Virus record (IMG/VR): IMGVR_UViG_3300037400_003961
Span: 32,001 to 96,000 of that record
Length of the DNA: 64,000 nt
From: a virus
Taxonomy: Duplodnaviria > Caudoviricetes
Reading direction: 5' to 3' (one strand)
Made by a program: the position numbers and the translations under genes. Below the pieces are notes generated by a model. The model saw only the letters and a list, made by a program, of their open reading frames with translations, was not told the origin of the DNA and made no database searches. Shown one piece after another: positions 23,315-34,106 of this stretch; within the stretch, counting starts at the first letter, position 1, and each line of letters begins with the position of its first letter.

Positions 23315-23611
23315 TTATTCATAATAATCTTTTAATTCAATTTTTAAACCTGCGGTTAATGTTTGAATCATTTGTAAAATGTCATTATTATCAAAAATTA
23401 TAAATAATTCTTTTTCTTGATATTCTCTAATATTCCAATCAAAATCAAAAACTTCTCCATGATAAGGCACAAGACAAGTTGCTCCAAAATCACCATCTGT
23501 AACCATAATTTCGCTTTTTATTATATCTGGAGTGTATTCTGCAAATACAATGCCACCATCTGGATATTCTTCCATTAATTTTTTAAATTCATTTGTATTT
23601 ATAATTTTCAT
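23315..23611 (-). CDS. Hypothetical protein
   Basis: 98-aa ORF with RBS AAGGAG. Confidence 0.65.
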   Translation of the reverse strand: MKIINTNEFKKLMEEYPDGGIVFAEYTPDIIKSEIMVTDGDFGATCLVPYHGEVFDFDWNIREYQEKELFIIFDNNDILQMIQTLTAGLKIELKDYYE

Positions 23612-23624
23612 TTATTTCTTCTCC

Positions 23625-23903
23625 TTAAAAAGCACTCACTTCTATTTTAGGTGTCACATGAATTTTTAAATCTTCAATATCCATTAATTCATAATTATAA
23701 TTAGTAACAAATATTGGATCAATTCTACAAATACCTCTATTAGATTTACACCAAAGCAAAATGTCTTTATAACGGCCGCGTCTATTTTTATAAACAGAAA
23801 TTTTTATATCAGGCATTTCAATTCCCATTGAATTAACAATATTTTTTAAAGACTCTCTGTCATCTTGACTAGTTTGAAGCATAATCATGCCACAATCAAT
23901 TTT
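23625..23903 (-). CDS. dnaB: Replicative DNA helicase, exon 2
   Basis: Splicing gives LRGAKAIAD|KIDCGMIM...KNRRG, the DnaB C-terminal motifs. Confidence 0.88.
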   Translation of the reverse strand, partial: KIDCGMIMLQTSQDDRESLKNIVNSMGIEMPDIKISVYKNRRGRYKDILLWCKSNRGICRIDPIFVTNYNYELMDIEDLKIHVTPKIEVSAF

Positions 23904-24162
23904 CCTTGCTACCCTTACTTTCATAAGGGAGTAGACTATATCTTTACCATATATTTTTTATAAAATACTTAGGTATCCCACACTTCCATCTTTTAGATGT
24001 ACTCCGCGCCACCGGATAGTCGTTGAACTTTGTTCTATTCGAACCTTAGTTGCTGATTGCCCAATCTTTCTAATTTTTAAACATTCACACTTGATTTTAT
24101 TTCATATCTATGTTGTAGTTTAGAAAGCTCTAAGGGTTTTCCAGCAATTCACGGGATAATAA

Positions 24163-24984
24163 TCACTTAATGTTTCCATTAAGGACGACTGTTTCCAAAG
24201 TTTTAAAAATGTTATATTTTCTATCTAAATGAATATTTACACTATTATAAAGCTATTTCATAATTAAGTAGGGTTTGTTAATTCCACCACATCGAATAAA
24301 ATAATTATTAGAATTATCTTGCTTTCTTTTTTCTAAATGTGATGATATATTTAATATCGAATTTATCCATTCTAATATTTCTTTTGTACCTTCTATTGAT
24401 ATTCCGAAAGATTTTTGATTAGTTTTAAAAATAGAACCATCTCCATCAAAATATCCTAAAATAAAAGGTAAATAAAATTTTGAATCAATTTTTGGAGGCT
24501 AAAGAATTAAACTTTTTTTAGGAACTATTCCTACATTGCTTAAATCCTTAGATAGCTTTTTACTATTTAATATAATTTTACACATAGGTGTATTATTTGA
24601 AAAACCTTGATTTTGTATAAATGTTTTTACCTATGCATTTGTATTCATAAAATTTTGAAATTTATATAAATGCTATATATCTTTTTGGTGTATATTTATT
24701 ATAACTGAAGCATTTTCAGCTCTTGAATAATTACATCCATCTGCCGCCAAAAACCCTAACCAATATGCTTTTTCAGCAGAATCTATTTTCTAAAATTTAT
24801 CGTAATCTCCAAAATATTTTCTATTAGTATGATTTAATTCAATATTATTTTCTTTTAAAACTCTACTTATTACTGTTTTAGAAACATTATATTTAGTTCC
24901 TAACTATCTTGTTGAAATATTATTAATTACATAATCATTAATAATATTATTTATTTGCTATTGTGTAAAAATAATTTTTTTCAT
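24163..24984 (-). CDS. Intron-encoded LAGLIDADG homing endonuclease, 273 aa (7 TAG)
   Basis: AYWLGFLAADG and FILGYFDGDG motifs, N-terminal HTH, RBS AAGGAG. Invisible in the code-11 track. Confidence 0.88.
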
Positions 24985-25028
24985 AATTGAACTCCTTTAA
25001 ATTAGATTTTGGAATTATTCCACTATCT

Positions 25029-25068
25029 ATAATAAAAAAATTCAATATAACATTAATCAACTTTGTCC
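25029..25068 (-). promoter_or_regulatory. Phage-specific motif copy at the 5' end of the dnaB intron
   Basis: GGACAA agttgat TAAT gttatattgaatt TTTT tattat. Confidence 0.65.
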
Positions 25069-25069
25069 A

Positions 25070-26335
25070 ATCAGCAATAGCTTTTGCGCCTCTCAATAAA
25101 TTCTGATCATACTGTTGAGCTGATACATAATCTGCATTTAACTGCGTAGCTGACATTACAAAAACGCCATATTGATTACATAAATCTTTAATTCTTACAC
25201 TAATCATGAAAAGAATATTATCTTCTCTTAATCCTTTAACTCCAGCTTTTGAACTAATTTCACTAAGAATTTTCATACTTGAATGAATGTAATCCATGAA
25301 TACATATCTTACATCGTATTGACGAATACCAAATTTAATTGTATTTTCAATATCTTGTAATGAAAAGTCTGGAAGTTTTTTAATATATAAAGGACTTTTT
25401 GAAAGAATTGCGGCAGCTTCGCTTACTCGCTCCCACTCACCTTCAGTATATGTATTTTCAAGAATATGATCTTCATTTACTCCAGATAGGAAAGCAATCA
25501 TCATAGTTTGAATCTCATCTTCTTCCTGTTCTGTTGTAATAAATTGAGTAGGTTCACGGGTTCCATTATCTTCCCACTGTCTAGTTTCAAGATTATAAAT
25601 TTTATTACAAGCAACAGCACAGGCATCTGCAATCATAGAACGAGTTTTTCCAACTCCTGTGGCGGCAGACCGCAAATAAAACTTTTTTAATCTTGCTCCA
25701 CGATGAATTGTATTAACTAATCTTCCATATAATGGATAACCAATTTCTGGATTATTTTTTAATCTTTCAAGAAGTGCTAAAGCACCGTCTCCCGCCTGAA
25801 TAACTCCATCTTCTGAATTATCAATATACTTTGCTTTTATTTCATCAATTTTATCATTAATGGTGTTTGCAATTTCATTAATAGGAGTATTATCAAACCA
25901 TGTTTCTTGTGCTTCTTTTTTCTTAGCATCTAAAATGTTATCTGGATCATATAGCCAAGATAAATCCATACCAACATTTTTATTATACATTCTTAATAGT
26001 GTCATTTTTTTCATTCGATTATAATAATAATCAAATGCCGCCAATTGACACATATCTTTAATATTTTCTAAATATTCAGAACCTTTATTTACTTTGTAAG
26101 TAGCATATTTTTTAGGACGTTGTTCTAAATATTTTTCTATATCTTCTATTGATATTTGTTTTGCTCCAAGTTGATGAAGATTATAAATTGAACCAAATAA
26201 GATTCTATGAAATTCTTGAACAAAATCTTCTTCATGAAATTTATATTTTTCTTCTAAATCCAAAAGAGAAGGATTTATGAATACATCACCAATAACTTGC
26301 ATACAAGCTGATACATCATAATATTTTGAATTCAT
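25070..26335 (-). CDS. dnaB: Replicative DNA helicase, exon 1
   Basis: SAATGVGKT Walker A, ITTEQ, FMDYIH, ATQLN. Confidence 0.9.
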
Positions 26336-26847
26336 TCATCTTCTCCTTCTAACCACATTCGCGGCGGTCGTACATATACTCGTGGAGATTCAATATTTAT
26401 TATTCTTTCTTTTGGTAATATAAAATTTGAAACATCCTTTTCTTGATTTATTAATTGCGCTTGATAAAGAGCATAATAATATTCTAAAGCTTGTTTATAT
26501 ATATAGGGGATAATACCAATACTTCCATTACTTTTGTCAACTGAATGTCCTTCTTTTTCATAATACCATTTAAGAGTTTTTAACATTCCACTATATGTAT
26601 AATTATTTTCTTTTACATATTTTTCTGCTAATTTTTTAGTTAATAAATAATTATAATCTTCTCCAAATAAAATTTTTACATAATTATAAAAAGCTTCTAT
26701 ATCTTTTTCTTCTTCAGTCATGTTGGATAGATGATCTTCCCAACATTTAATATGAGCATATCTACGAGCGGAGACCTGTTTTGTTGGTTCATTATCTCTA
26801 TCAAACTGTTCACCGCAATATAAACATTTTACATAATGATGAGCCAT
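26332..26847 (-). CDS. Hypothetical zinc-binding protein (possible helicase loader)
   Basis: CLYC...HIKC; translationally coupled to dnaB. Confidence 0.55.
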   Translation of the reverse strand: MAHHYVKCLYCGEQFDRDNEPTKQVSARRYAHIKCWEDHLSNMTEEEKDIEAFYNYVKILFGEDYNYLLTKKLAEKYVKENNYTYSGMLKTLKWYYEKEGHSVDKSNGSIGIIPYIYKQALEYYYALYQAQLINQEKDVSNFILPKERIINIESPRVYVRPPRMWLEGEDE

Positions 26848-26876
26848 ATAATCTCCTTAAAAATTTTTCTATTTAT

Positions 26877-26905
26877 ATTATAACAAAAAAAAGAAAACTT
26901 GTCAA
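26877..26905 (-). promoter_or_regulatory. sigmaA-type promoter
   Basis: TTGACA-17-TATAAT with TG extension. Confidence 0.85.
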
Positions 26906-26945
26906 AGTAATAAAACCTTTGACAAGTTTCTTTAAAAATATATAA

Positions 26946-27986
26946 TCATTCTGAAGGAGATTCTTTGGAAAGTAAGAGGAGATCATCATAAATCAAAGAT
27001 AAAGCCTCAACCTGTTCTCTTGAACACTGACTCATTTTTTGACCTTTACCAAGATACCGATCAGTAATCTGAACGATACGAGGCTGATAAAATTCTCTAA
27101 AGACTTCTTCAGAATTATTATCAATCATTCCCTTAATTAGATTATTACAATTTTTCATTAACTCATCAAAATTAAGGTCTTTAGTAGTATCTGTATAAAG
27201 ATTATTTTTCTTATCTGTGAAGTATTCTTGCCCATCTTCTTGTGCCTGCTTATCAATTGCATCAGAAATTGCTTTAACAAGATTATCATAAGAAAAATCA
27301 ATATAATCTGGTGTATATTTAAATCTAGAACCAGCTTCATATCTTGGAGTTCCACGCATAAAAAGCTTAGTTATATTATTGCCATCTTTATCTGTAACAA
27401 TTCTGGAATATCCAATAATATCTGCCATTCTAGCTACAATATTATTTGCTCTTTTATCAAGAGTTGGAACAATCTTATTATATTCTGCACCAGCTTCATC
27501 TTTAAAAACTTTATCTGTTGCATGAGAAATAAGAATAAGACCATAATCCATCATAACAATAGATCTAAGACATTCATCAAATTCTTTTGATACAAGTCCA
27601 TATCCCTTACCAAAAGGAATATCACTAATACTATCAACACCATAACCACCATCTGAACGAAGTGCATTGTCACAAATATATTTAGTGCAATAATCATAAG
27701 CAATATCACAAGTATCAATAGTAATAGTATAGAATTTTTCTTTTGCTTTGGGGTCTTTAAGCTGGCGGAGAACTTTTCTAAATTCTGCCCAGTTATTAAT
27801 AGGCTGTGCCATTACACCAGGAATAGCATTATAACCTTTTTCAAAAGCTAAAAGAAGATTGTTTTCAAATTTTGATGCTGTTGTTGTTTTACCAGACTTT
27901 GGTTCTCCATAAAAGAAAATTGAATATCCGCGGAGATTTCTGCTTACCTGATGCGGCTAAATGTTAAAAATATTAATATCTGCCAT
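26946..27986 (-). CDS. AAA_24/Sak4-like ATPase (single-strand annealing recombinase), TAG at codon 10
   Basis: Walker A YGEPKSGKTT lies upstream of the track start, followed by ITIDT, LISH and AGSR. Adjacent to a putative SSB. Confidence 0.8.
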
Positions 27987-28038
27987 AATGATAATATCCT
28001 TTCTTTATAAGAAAGGGAGAAAATTAATTCTCCCTTTA

Positions 28039-29028
28039 TTAAAATTTAAACTCCCCTACGGAAACGGTATTCTGGGCAGCCTTAGTTGCAGCTGCAACAT
28101 CAAAATTTACTCCATTTGTTGCTTTAGTTGTCTGACGCTCATTAAATCTCTTTTCAACTTCAGCAAGCTTAATCTGACGATCCTGAACCATCTTACTTAC
28201 ATCTGCCGCAGTAAGAACTTCTTCATCACCAAAATCATAAGGAACTTTTGCTGTACCAGTAATTACATATTCACGACTCTTTCTTTCATAAGTCTGAACT
28301 GCTGCCTCACCAAATGCAGATTCTTCCTTCTTTTCTGTCTTAATTGTCATGCAATTAATACGTCCCCAAACTTTTGTAAAAGTGGGATTGGAAGGAGATG
28401 CATCAAGTCCTTCGAAATAGCTCATTCCCATTGCATTACGAACAACGAAAGATATAGGAAGAAGAACTGGACCATAACCAAAAATTGCACCACTAACTGT
28501 TGCAAAATCTTCTGTAATATTCTTATCAGGATCCGCATCAACATGAGTTACTTTTGTAATAAGCATGTCAGTGGAGAAAGTACTTCTTTCTGCTTCCGGA
28601 CCAAGTTCAGCAACAATAGTGCAAAAACCATTTTCATTTCTTGGTGCAGCTACCTTAGAACCATCTGCCGCAATAAAATCATTAATACCGATAGATGTTC
28701 CAGTACACTGAACCTTAAAAGCATTTTCCTTACCGCCATTAATCCAAGTCTTATCTGGATTATCAATAATCTTCTTTAATGCAACATATGTATTATTGGT
28801 CTGACCGCTCTTTGCATATGTAGGTGTTACATAAGAATAATGAACTGTAACAACATTCAGACCATTTTCATCTGTTGCAATATCAAGGTCACCTGCAATA
28901 TATTTCGTACCAGGGTTTTTTGAATTTTCTCCAGTTACTCTTTCAGAAAGCTGATTAAAATTACTACCTGTGCTATAAACATATCCTTCAATTTTCTCTG
29001 TGTTAATAAATTTTGCGTTTGTTTTCAT
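28039..29028 (-). CDS. Putative single-stranded DNA-binding protein
   Basis: OB-fold-like beta-rich protein ending in F; position next to the Sak4-like gene. Confidence 0.55.
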   Translation of the reverse strand: MKTNAKFINTEKIEGYVYSTGSNFNQLSERVTGENSKNPGTKYIAGDLDIATDENGLNVVTVHYSYVTPTYAKSGQTNNTYVALKKIIDNPDKTWINGGKENAFKVQCTGTSIGINDFIAADGSKVAAPRNENGFCTIVAELGPEAERSTFSTDMLITKVTHVDADPDKNITEDFATVSGAIFGYGPVLLPISFVVRNAMGMSYFEGLDASPSNPTFTKVWGRINCMTIKTEKKEESAFGEAAVQTYERKSREYVITGTAKVPYDFGDEEVLTAADVSKMVQDRQIKLAEVEKRFNERQTTKATNGVNFDVAAATKAAQNTVSVGEFKF

Positions 29029-29073
29029 TAAATTATTTTCTCCTTATTAAATCAACTTTATTTCTGTATTTAT

Positions 29074-29102
29074 ATTATATCAAAAAATTTTTTAATTTTC
29101 AA
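29074..29102 (-). promoter_or_regulatory. sigmaA-type promoter
   Basis: TTGAAA-17-TATAAT; the -35 box lies in the last codons of the upstream gene. Confidence 0.7.
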
Positions 29103-29499
29103 GTTGATAACTCTTACCAGCTTCAGTAAGAGAATATTTAACAGGATCCTTTCCTGTTTTTTCAACATAACCATCTGCAATTAGTTTTCGCATAGAACCA
29201 GCAATAGAACGACCAGATGTAAAAAGAGCTTCTGCTGCTTCCTTAGATGTAAAAATATTAGACATTTTTTCTACATTTTCTTGCATCCAAGAAAGTAGCT
29301 TCTTGCCATTCTCTGTCATAGCTGCTCCTGAATCTTTTACTTTTCCGTCTTTAAAATCTTTCCAAAACTCCATCGCAATATCATAATCATTTGTTGTAAT
29401 ATTATATTTTTCACTTATATCATTCATATAAGTTATCTCATCTTCAGCAATTTTAATTGCAACCTCAATAAATTTAATAAAAGTTTCTTTCTTAGTCAT
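29092..29499 (-). CDS. Winged-helix DNA-binding protein
   Basis: TSKEAAEALFTSGRSIAGSMRKLIADGYVEK. Confidence 0.65.
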   Translation of the reverse strand: MTKKETFIKFIEVAIKIAEDEITYMNDISEKYNITTNDYDIAMEFWKDFKDGKVKDSGAAMTENGKKLLSWMQENVEKMSNIFTSKEAAEALFTSGRSIAGSMRKLIADGYVEKTGKDPVKYSLTEAGKSYQLEN

Positions 29500-29567
29500 T
29501 TGCGATTTTTTCCTTTTTATTTATAATATAATTTTTATCTTATAATTATATTATAACATTTTATTTT

Positions 29568-30467
29568 TTATTTTTCAATTTGAAAAGGAATATTTTCATC
29601 ATCAAAAATTAAATATTGAGCATATGGGAGCTCACGCGCCCAAGCAATAAAATTAATTTTTGATGGATTATCTTTACCGCTCCACTCATTTAATTTATGA
29701 TTGCGTCTTTGTCCAGGAGAACAAATTGCGCGGATAGTTTCATAATTAGCTGTCCAAGTTCTCGTTTGAAGCCAACTTTCAGGTAACCACCGTACAAGTT
29801 CTTTCCAATATCTTTTATCTTTTGTTTCAAGATATTTTTGACGAAGAAATTCAAGTTGTTCAATTAAAAGTTCGGAGAACATATTAATATCATTTTCAGC
29901 AGGTCCACCCGTATATTCTGGGATACTATAATATATCAAATCAGGATTCATATCATCTATTTCAAAACAATCAAGAGTGATAGATTTGCTGGTGAGTCTA
30001 TGCATTGTTGATGTACTATTGGCGACTGTTGCTACTTTATAAGTATCCATTTCTTTCCACCAGTAAAGTGGGGCGGTAATATCAACAGAAACAAAAATCT
30101 GACGTAAAAATTTGCGGTGTTCAGGACCAGCTTTAATTAATGTTTGAGCAAGCTTCATATCGTTCGGTCCAATAAAAGCTACTTCGGCAACACTATCATG
30201 TTCATTAATTTTTAATATACCATTATTAATTAATTTTTCAGAATATTGCTCACAAAGGTTATCACCTTCTTCGGTGTATTCATTAGGCCAGTTAAGATTT
30301 GAATGTGATAAATTAATCCAATTATCTGCAATCTCGTTTTCACGGGGGTATTCATCAATATTAACAACTCCAAAAAAACTATCACTATTATTCCAACTAT
30401 TTTTAGGGTTTCTCATTCCTCTGAAAGCGCCTTCAAAATTAGATACATATGTATTTTCAAATTTCAT
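29568..30467 (-). CDS. ThyX/Thy1-like (FAD-dependent thymidylate synthase-related) protein
   Basis: EHRKFLRQIFVSVDITAPLYWWKEMDTYK, STSTMH, LPES..Q.R, QRRNHKL.EW pattern. Confidence 0.55.
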   Translation of the reverse strand: MKFENTYVSNFEGAFRGMRNPKNSWNNSDSFFGVVNIDEYPRENEIADNWINLSHSNLNWPNEYTEEGDNLCEQYSEKLINNGILKINEHDSVAEVAFIGPNDMKLAQTLIKAGPEHRKFLRQIFVSVDITAPLYWWKEMDTYKVATVANSTSTMHRLTSKSITLDCFEIDDMNPDLIYYSIPEYTGGPAENDINMFSELLIEQLEFLRQKYLETKDKRYWKELVRWLPESWLQTRTWTANYETIRAICSPGQRRNHKLNEWSGKDNPSKINFIAWARELPYAQYLIFDDENIPFQIEK

Positions 30468-30468
30468 A

Positions 30469-30693
30469 TTATTCTCCTAAATTTGATTTTATAGTAATTG
30501 AATCAGATGATGAACATGTAGAAATAGTATATGGAGTGTTTAAACACCATTTATAAGGGGTAGGAGAAGTATAAGTCCAATAATTATTATTATTTCTATA
30601 ACCTTCCCAATAACTTTCATTTAAAAGCTATTCTAATTCTTTTTTTGTTAATTCAATTTTTCCATTTTTATTTAATGTGAATACTTTTATCAT
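30469..30693 (-). CDS. Hypothetical protein, 74 aa (1 TAG)
   Basis: MIKVFTLNKNGKIELTKKELE*LLNE... ends at TAA. Confidence 0.6.
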
Positions 30694-30694
30694 A

Positions 30695-31612
30695 TTAACT
30701 ATTACCTTTCACTGTATTTAATCCAAATTTATTGCTTTGATACATCTATATCCAAAATTTTTCTTTTTCATTCAACATATCTTTTGAACACTATTCTAAT
30801 AATTCAAAACTAAAATTCCATACTCCATCTTTTTGCATAGAATTATATAGTTTATTAGTTGCGGAGGCTTCAATGCCCAAACCGCATTTACAATGTTGTT
30901 TCCATCTATCACTAATATTAACACTTTGTCCAATATAACATTGTTCAGTTAATAAATTAGTAATTTTATAAATTCCGCAAACTGTTTTTTTACCTAAAAC
31001 TCTATCACATAATTCTGTCATTTGTTTTTGAAAATATTGAGTCCATATAAGTTTACTTAAAACAACAGGTTTATGAAAAGAAGCTTTTAAATTTTCTAAC
31101 ATTTTTACATCAGATAAATCAGCATCATTGATAGATAATTTATAAAATCCTATTTTATCTTTCTTCTATTGTTCGCGGAGACGTGCCTATACACCCGCAC
31201 TTAATGAAGCTTTTAATTTATTAATTTCATTTTGAATATTTTGTTTTTCAACTTCAGCATTATTTTGAAAACATTGTACATTATATTTTATATTTTCAAT
31301 TTGCTCTTGAGCAGATTGATTTGTTTTATTAATAGCTTGTTTTGCAAGCTATTCTTGACTTTCTAAATATGTTTCAATTTCTTTTTTACGAGACTCTTGA
31401 AACTATAATAATTCTTTATTTAGTTCTTTTTTCTTTTCATTTTCTGAATGAATTAAATTATTTATATTAATTTGTAAAATATTTAATTCTTTTTGTAATT
31501 GTTCTCTATACTATTCTTGTTGTTCATTTTTATTAATTTTAATTTGATTAGCTTTATAAAAAAGAATTATTCCACATATTAGAAAAATAAAAGCTAATAT
31601 TAATGATGTCAT
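30695..31612 (-). CDS. Membrane-anchored coiled-coil protein with C-terminal GIY-YIG domain, 305 aa (multiple TAG)
   Basis: N-terminal TM helix (LILAFIFLICGIILFY), E/K/Q-rich coil, then CGIYKITN...YIGQS..ISDRWKQH...FELLE*C...EKFWI. Confidence 0.75.
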
Positions 31613-31676
31613 TATTTTTCTCCCATATACAAAACAGGGATTAGATATTTTATCTAACCCCTGTTATATAGCTAAA

Positions 31677-31964
31677 TTAGTCCTCTGCGTTAGGATCAAA
31701 CGCACGACCAGCATCGGTGAGCTGAATGAACTTAATTGCTTTATGGAGACCTGTTGCTGGATCCTCAATCTCTGCAGGGACACGAACCATAAGAGGAACT
31801 TCATTCTTATCCTTATCCTTATGACGCTGGAAAGCAGAAGTCACAATACCATTAACTGTTCTTACACCAAGTCCAGTTGCATCTGAAATATCCTGAGCGG
31901 TAAAATCTTCTCCATCATGTGCCTTTACAAAATCATAAACAATCTTACTATTTTCTTTCAACAT
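31677..31964 (-). CDS. Winged-helix DNA-binding protein
   Basis: FTAQDISDATGLGVRTVNGIVT...IQLTDAG. Confidence 0.65.
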   Translation of the reverse strand: MLKENSKIVYDFVKAHDGEDFTAQDISDATGLGVRTVNGIVTSAFQRHKDKDKNEVPLMVRVPAEIEDPATGLHKAIKFIQLTDAGRAFDPNAED

Positions 31965-32051
31965 AAATTTTTTCTCCTTATATTTAAAATATTATATTCT
32001 TCAGATGAATTATTTTTTATCATCTACAATTATATTATATAAAAAATTTTT

Positions 32052-34022
32052 TTAATTTTCAACATAATTCTTTATAAAATCTAGTTCTGACATAATCGGT
32101 ATATTGCGTTCTTTTGCTGCCTTATTTTTAGATGATGTGCTATTTACATCATTGTTAATAAGTATATCAGTTTTTGCAGAAATAGAATCAACAACCTTGC
32201 CCCCATGATTTTCAATGACTGCTTTTAATTCAGCTCTATTTTTAAAATTTGTAAGTTTTCCCGTAATAACTATAGTTTTTCCTGCAAGACTATTATTTAT
32301 TTGATTTTTGTTTACAACTGGGGCTTCAATAAATAAAAGTTTAGAAATTCTATCAGCTTCTGCATAATTAAAATTTTTAATACTTCTATCCATTTCTTCG
32401 CCGAAATTATCTAAATCATAAAAATGATAATTCTTATCATCTACAGCATTACGAAAATCCTCATAGGTTTCAAAATAATTAGTTAAATCTTTTGCGGCGG
32501 TCCGCCCTATAAGGGAGATACCAATCGCAGATATAAAAGCATCAAGGGTTGTATGTCTCGCATCTTCAATGGCTTGAAGCATTTTATCTACTGATTTTAT
32601 TCCAAAGCCAGGTTTCTTAATCCATTCATCTCTAAAATTAGAAAGTGAAAATACCTCCTCTATATTTCCAAGCCATCCCCAATCAATAAGTTTTTCAAAT
32701 GTAGCTTTAGAAATGCCCTTTATATCTAGTCCTTTTTTACCACAAAAATGCTCAAGTCTATTTATCAATTTACCTTCACAAAGAGGATTATCACAATATG
32801 CGTTAATTACTCCATCATCACTGGTTATATATGCGACATCACCGCCGCATATAGGACATCTTTCAATAACATCGTTAGCAGATGCTCCACCATGAGCAAT
32901 CACATAACCATAATCATATTTTGGTCCAGCTTCCGCAATTTGAGGAATAATTTGATTTGCTTTATAAACCTGAAGAGGTTCACCTACATAAGCACAATCA
33001 CCAAAAGTTTCTCTCATAACACTTACATTATGAAGAGATGCTCTTTCTACTGTTGAACCATCAATATCAATAGGATCAAATACTGCTACTGGAGTAAGAA
33101 CGCCAGTTCTTCCCATTGTCCACTGGATATATTTTAAATAAGTTCCATAAGTCTCATCATAAAATTTATATGCTATTGCATTATTAAAATGATGTGCGGT
33201 ATATCCTAATTCATTAGATATTTCTCGACTTTCAATTTTAAAGACTACTCCATCAATTGGATAAGATTCTTTATCCGATAATTCTTTTATTTCTGCAATA
33301 TCAGCTTCTGCTGTAGGATTATCTCCAGTCCATGGAACAATAGTAAAACCAAGTTTTTCTGCTTCGAGTAATCTATTATGAAGATAATCATTTTTAAAAC
33401 CTTTAATAACATCCCAAACTACAAAAGTTAATTTTCTTGAAAAACATTCTTTTGAATCTAATAACCTAATACTACCAGAGGCAAAGTTTCTTGGATTTTT
33501 ATATTTATCTTTAAATTTTTCAAAATTGGAATAAGTACAAATAATTTCTCCATCTATAATTAATTCTTCAAAATAATTAATTTTTTTAGGAATTGAAGGA
33601 ATAACCAAAGCATTATGAAGAATATCTTCACCAGTTTTTCCATCTCCACGGGTTTCCGCAGACACTAATTCTCCATCTAAATATCTTAAAGAACAAGTTA
33701 ATCCATCTAGTTTTGCCATTGCAATAAAATCATAGTTTTGTAAAAATTTATCAATATCTTCTATATTTTTAGTTTTATCAAGAGATAACATTAAATGGTT
33801 ATGATTAACTTTTTTTAATTCAGAAACTTTTGTAAAATGAATGTTTTGAGTTGGTGAGTTTGAAAAAATAATACCAGTTTCTTCTTCTCTTGTTTTTAAT
33901 TTAAAATATAAATCATCCCATTCTTTATCAGACATAATAGGATGACCCGCATCATATTGTTCAGTAGCTTCATTTAATTTACGAATCATGGCGGCGATTT
34001 CAAGTTTATAACTATAACTCAT
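32052..34022 (-). CDS. ligA: NAD-dependent DNA ligase
   Basis: KLDG adenylation motif, TRGDG, RNFASGS, DGVVFK, zinc finger, BRCT (ITGK). Start set at the RBS-preceded ATG at 34022. Confidence 0.93.
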   Translation of the reverse strand: MSYSYKLEIAAMIRKLNEATEQYDAGHPIMSDKEWDDLYFKLKTREEETGIIFSNSPTQNIHFTKVSELKKVNHNHLMLSLDKTKNIEDIDKFLQNYDFIAMAKLDGLTCSLRYLDGELVSAETRGDGKTGEDILHNALVIPSIPKKINYFEELIIDGEIICTYSNFEKFKDKYKNPRNFASGSIRLLDSKECFSRKLTFVVWDVIKGFKNDYLHNRLLEAEKLGFTIVPWTGDNPTAEADIAEIKELSDKESYPIDGVVFKIESREISNELGYTAHHFNNAIAYKFYDETYGTYLKYIQWTMGRTGVLTPVAVFDPIDIDGSTVERASLHNVSVMRETFGDCAYVGEPLQVYKANQIIPQIAEAGPKYDYGYVIAHGGASANDVIERCPICGGDVAYITSDDGVINAYCDNPLCEGKLINRLEHFCGKKGLDIKGISKATFEKLIDWGWLGNIEEVFSLSNFRDEWIKKPGFGIKSVDKMLQAIEDARHTTLDAFISAIGISLIGRTAAKDLTNYFETYEDFRNAVDDKNYHFYDLDNFGEEMDRSIKNFNYAEADRISKLLFIEAPVVNKNQINNSLAGKTIVITGKLTNFKNRAELKAVIENHGGKVVDSISAKTDILINNDVNSTSSKNKAAKERNIPIMSELDFIKNYVEN

Positions 34023-34106
34023 AAAATCATCTCCTATATATTTTTCTATATATATTATAATATATTTTTTTATAAAAAACAAGTGAAGGATATAAATATC
34101 CTTCAC

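Larger units (their letters stand above)
23904..25069 (-). mobile_element. Group I intron in dnaB (1166 nt)
   Basis: Exon ends GAU and the intron ends in G. Classical P (AATTGCTGGAAA), Q (AATCAGCA), R (GTTCAACGACTA) and S (AAGATATAGTCT) elements. Confidence 0.92.

Noticed and set aside
24947-25069. C-terminal extensions of the track ORFs for dnaB (WTKLINV...) and gyrB (SNTAYERLFA)
   Set aside because: These are translations of intron sequence beyond the 5' splice sites.
27961-28779. 272-aa plus-strand ORF, and similar antisense ORFs at 5459, 34561, 38652 and 39423
   Set aside because: These are shadow frames opposite well-supported genes, with no RBS or recognisable motifs.
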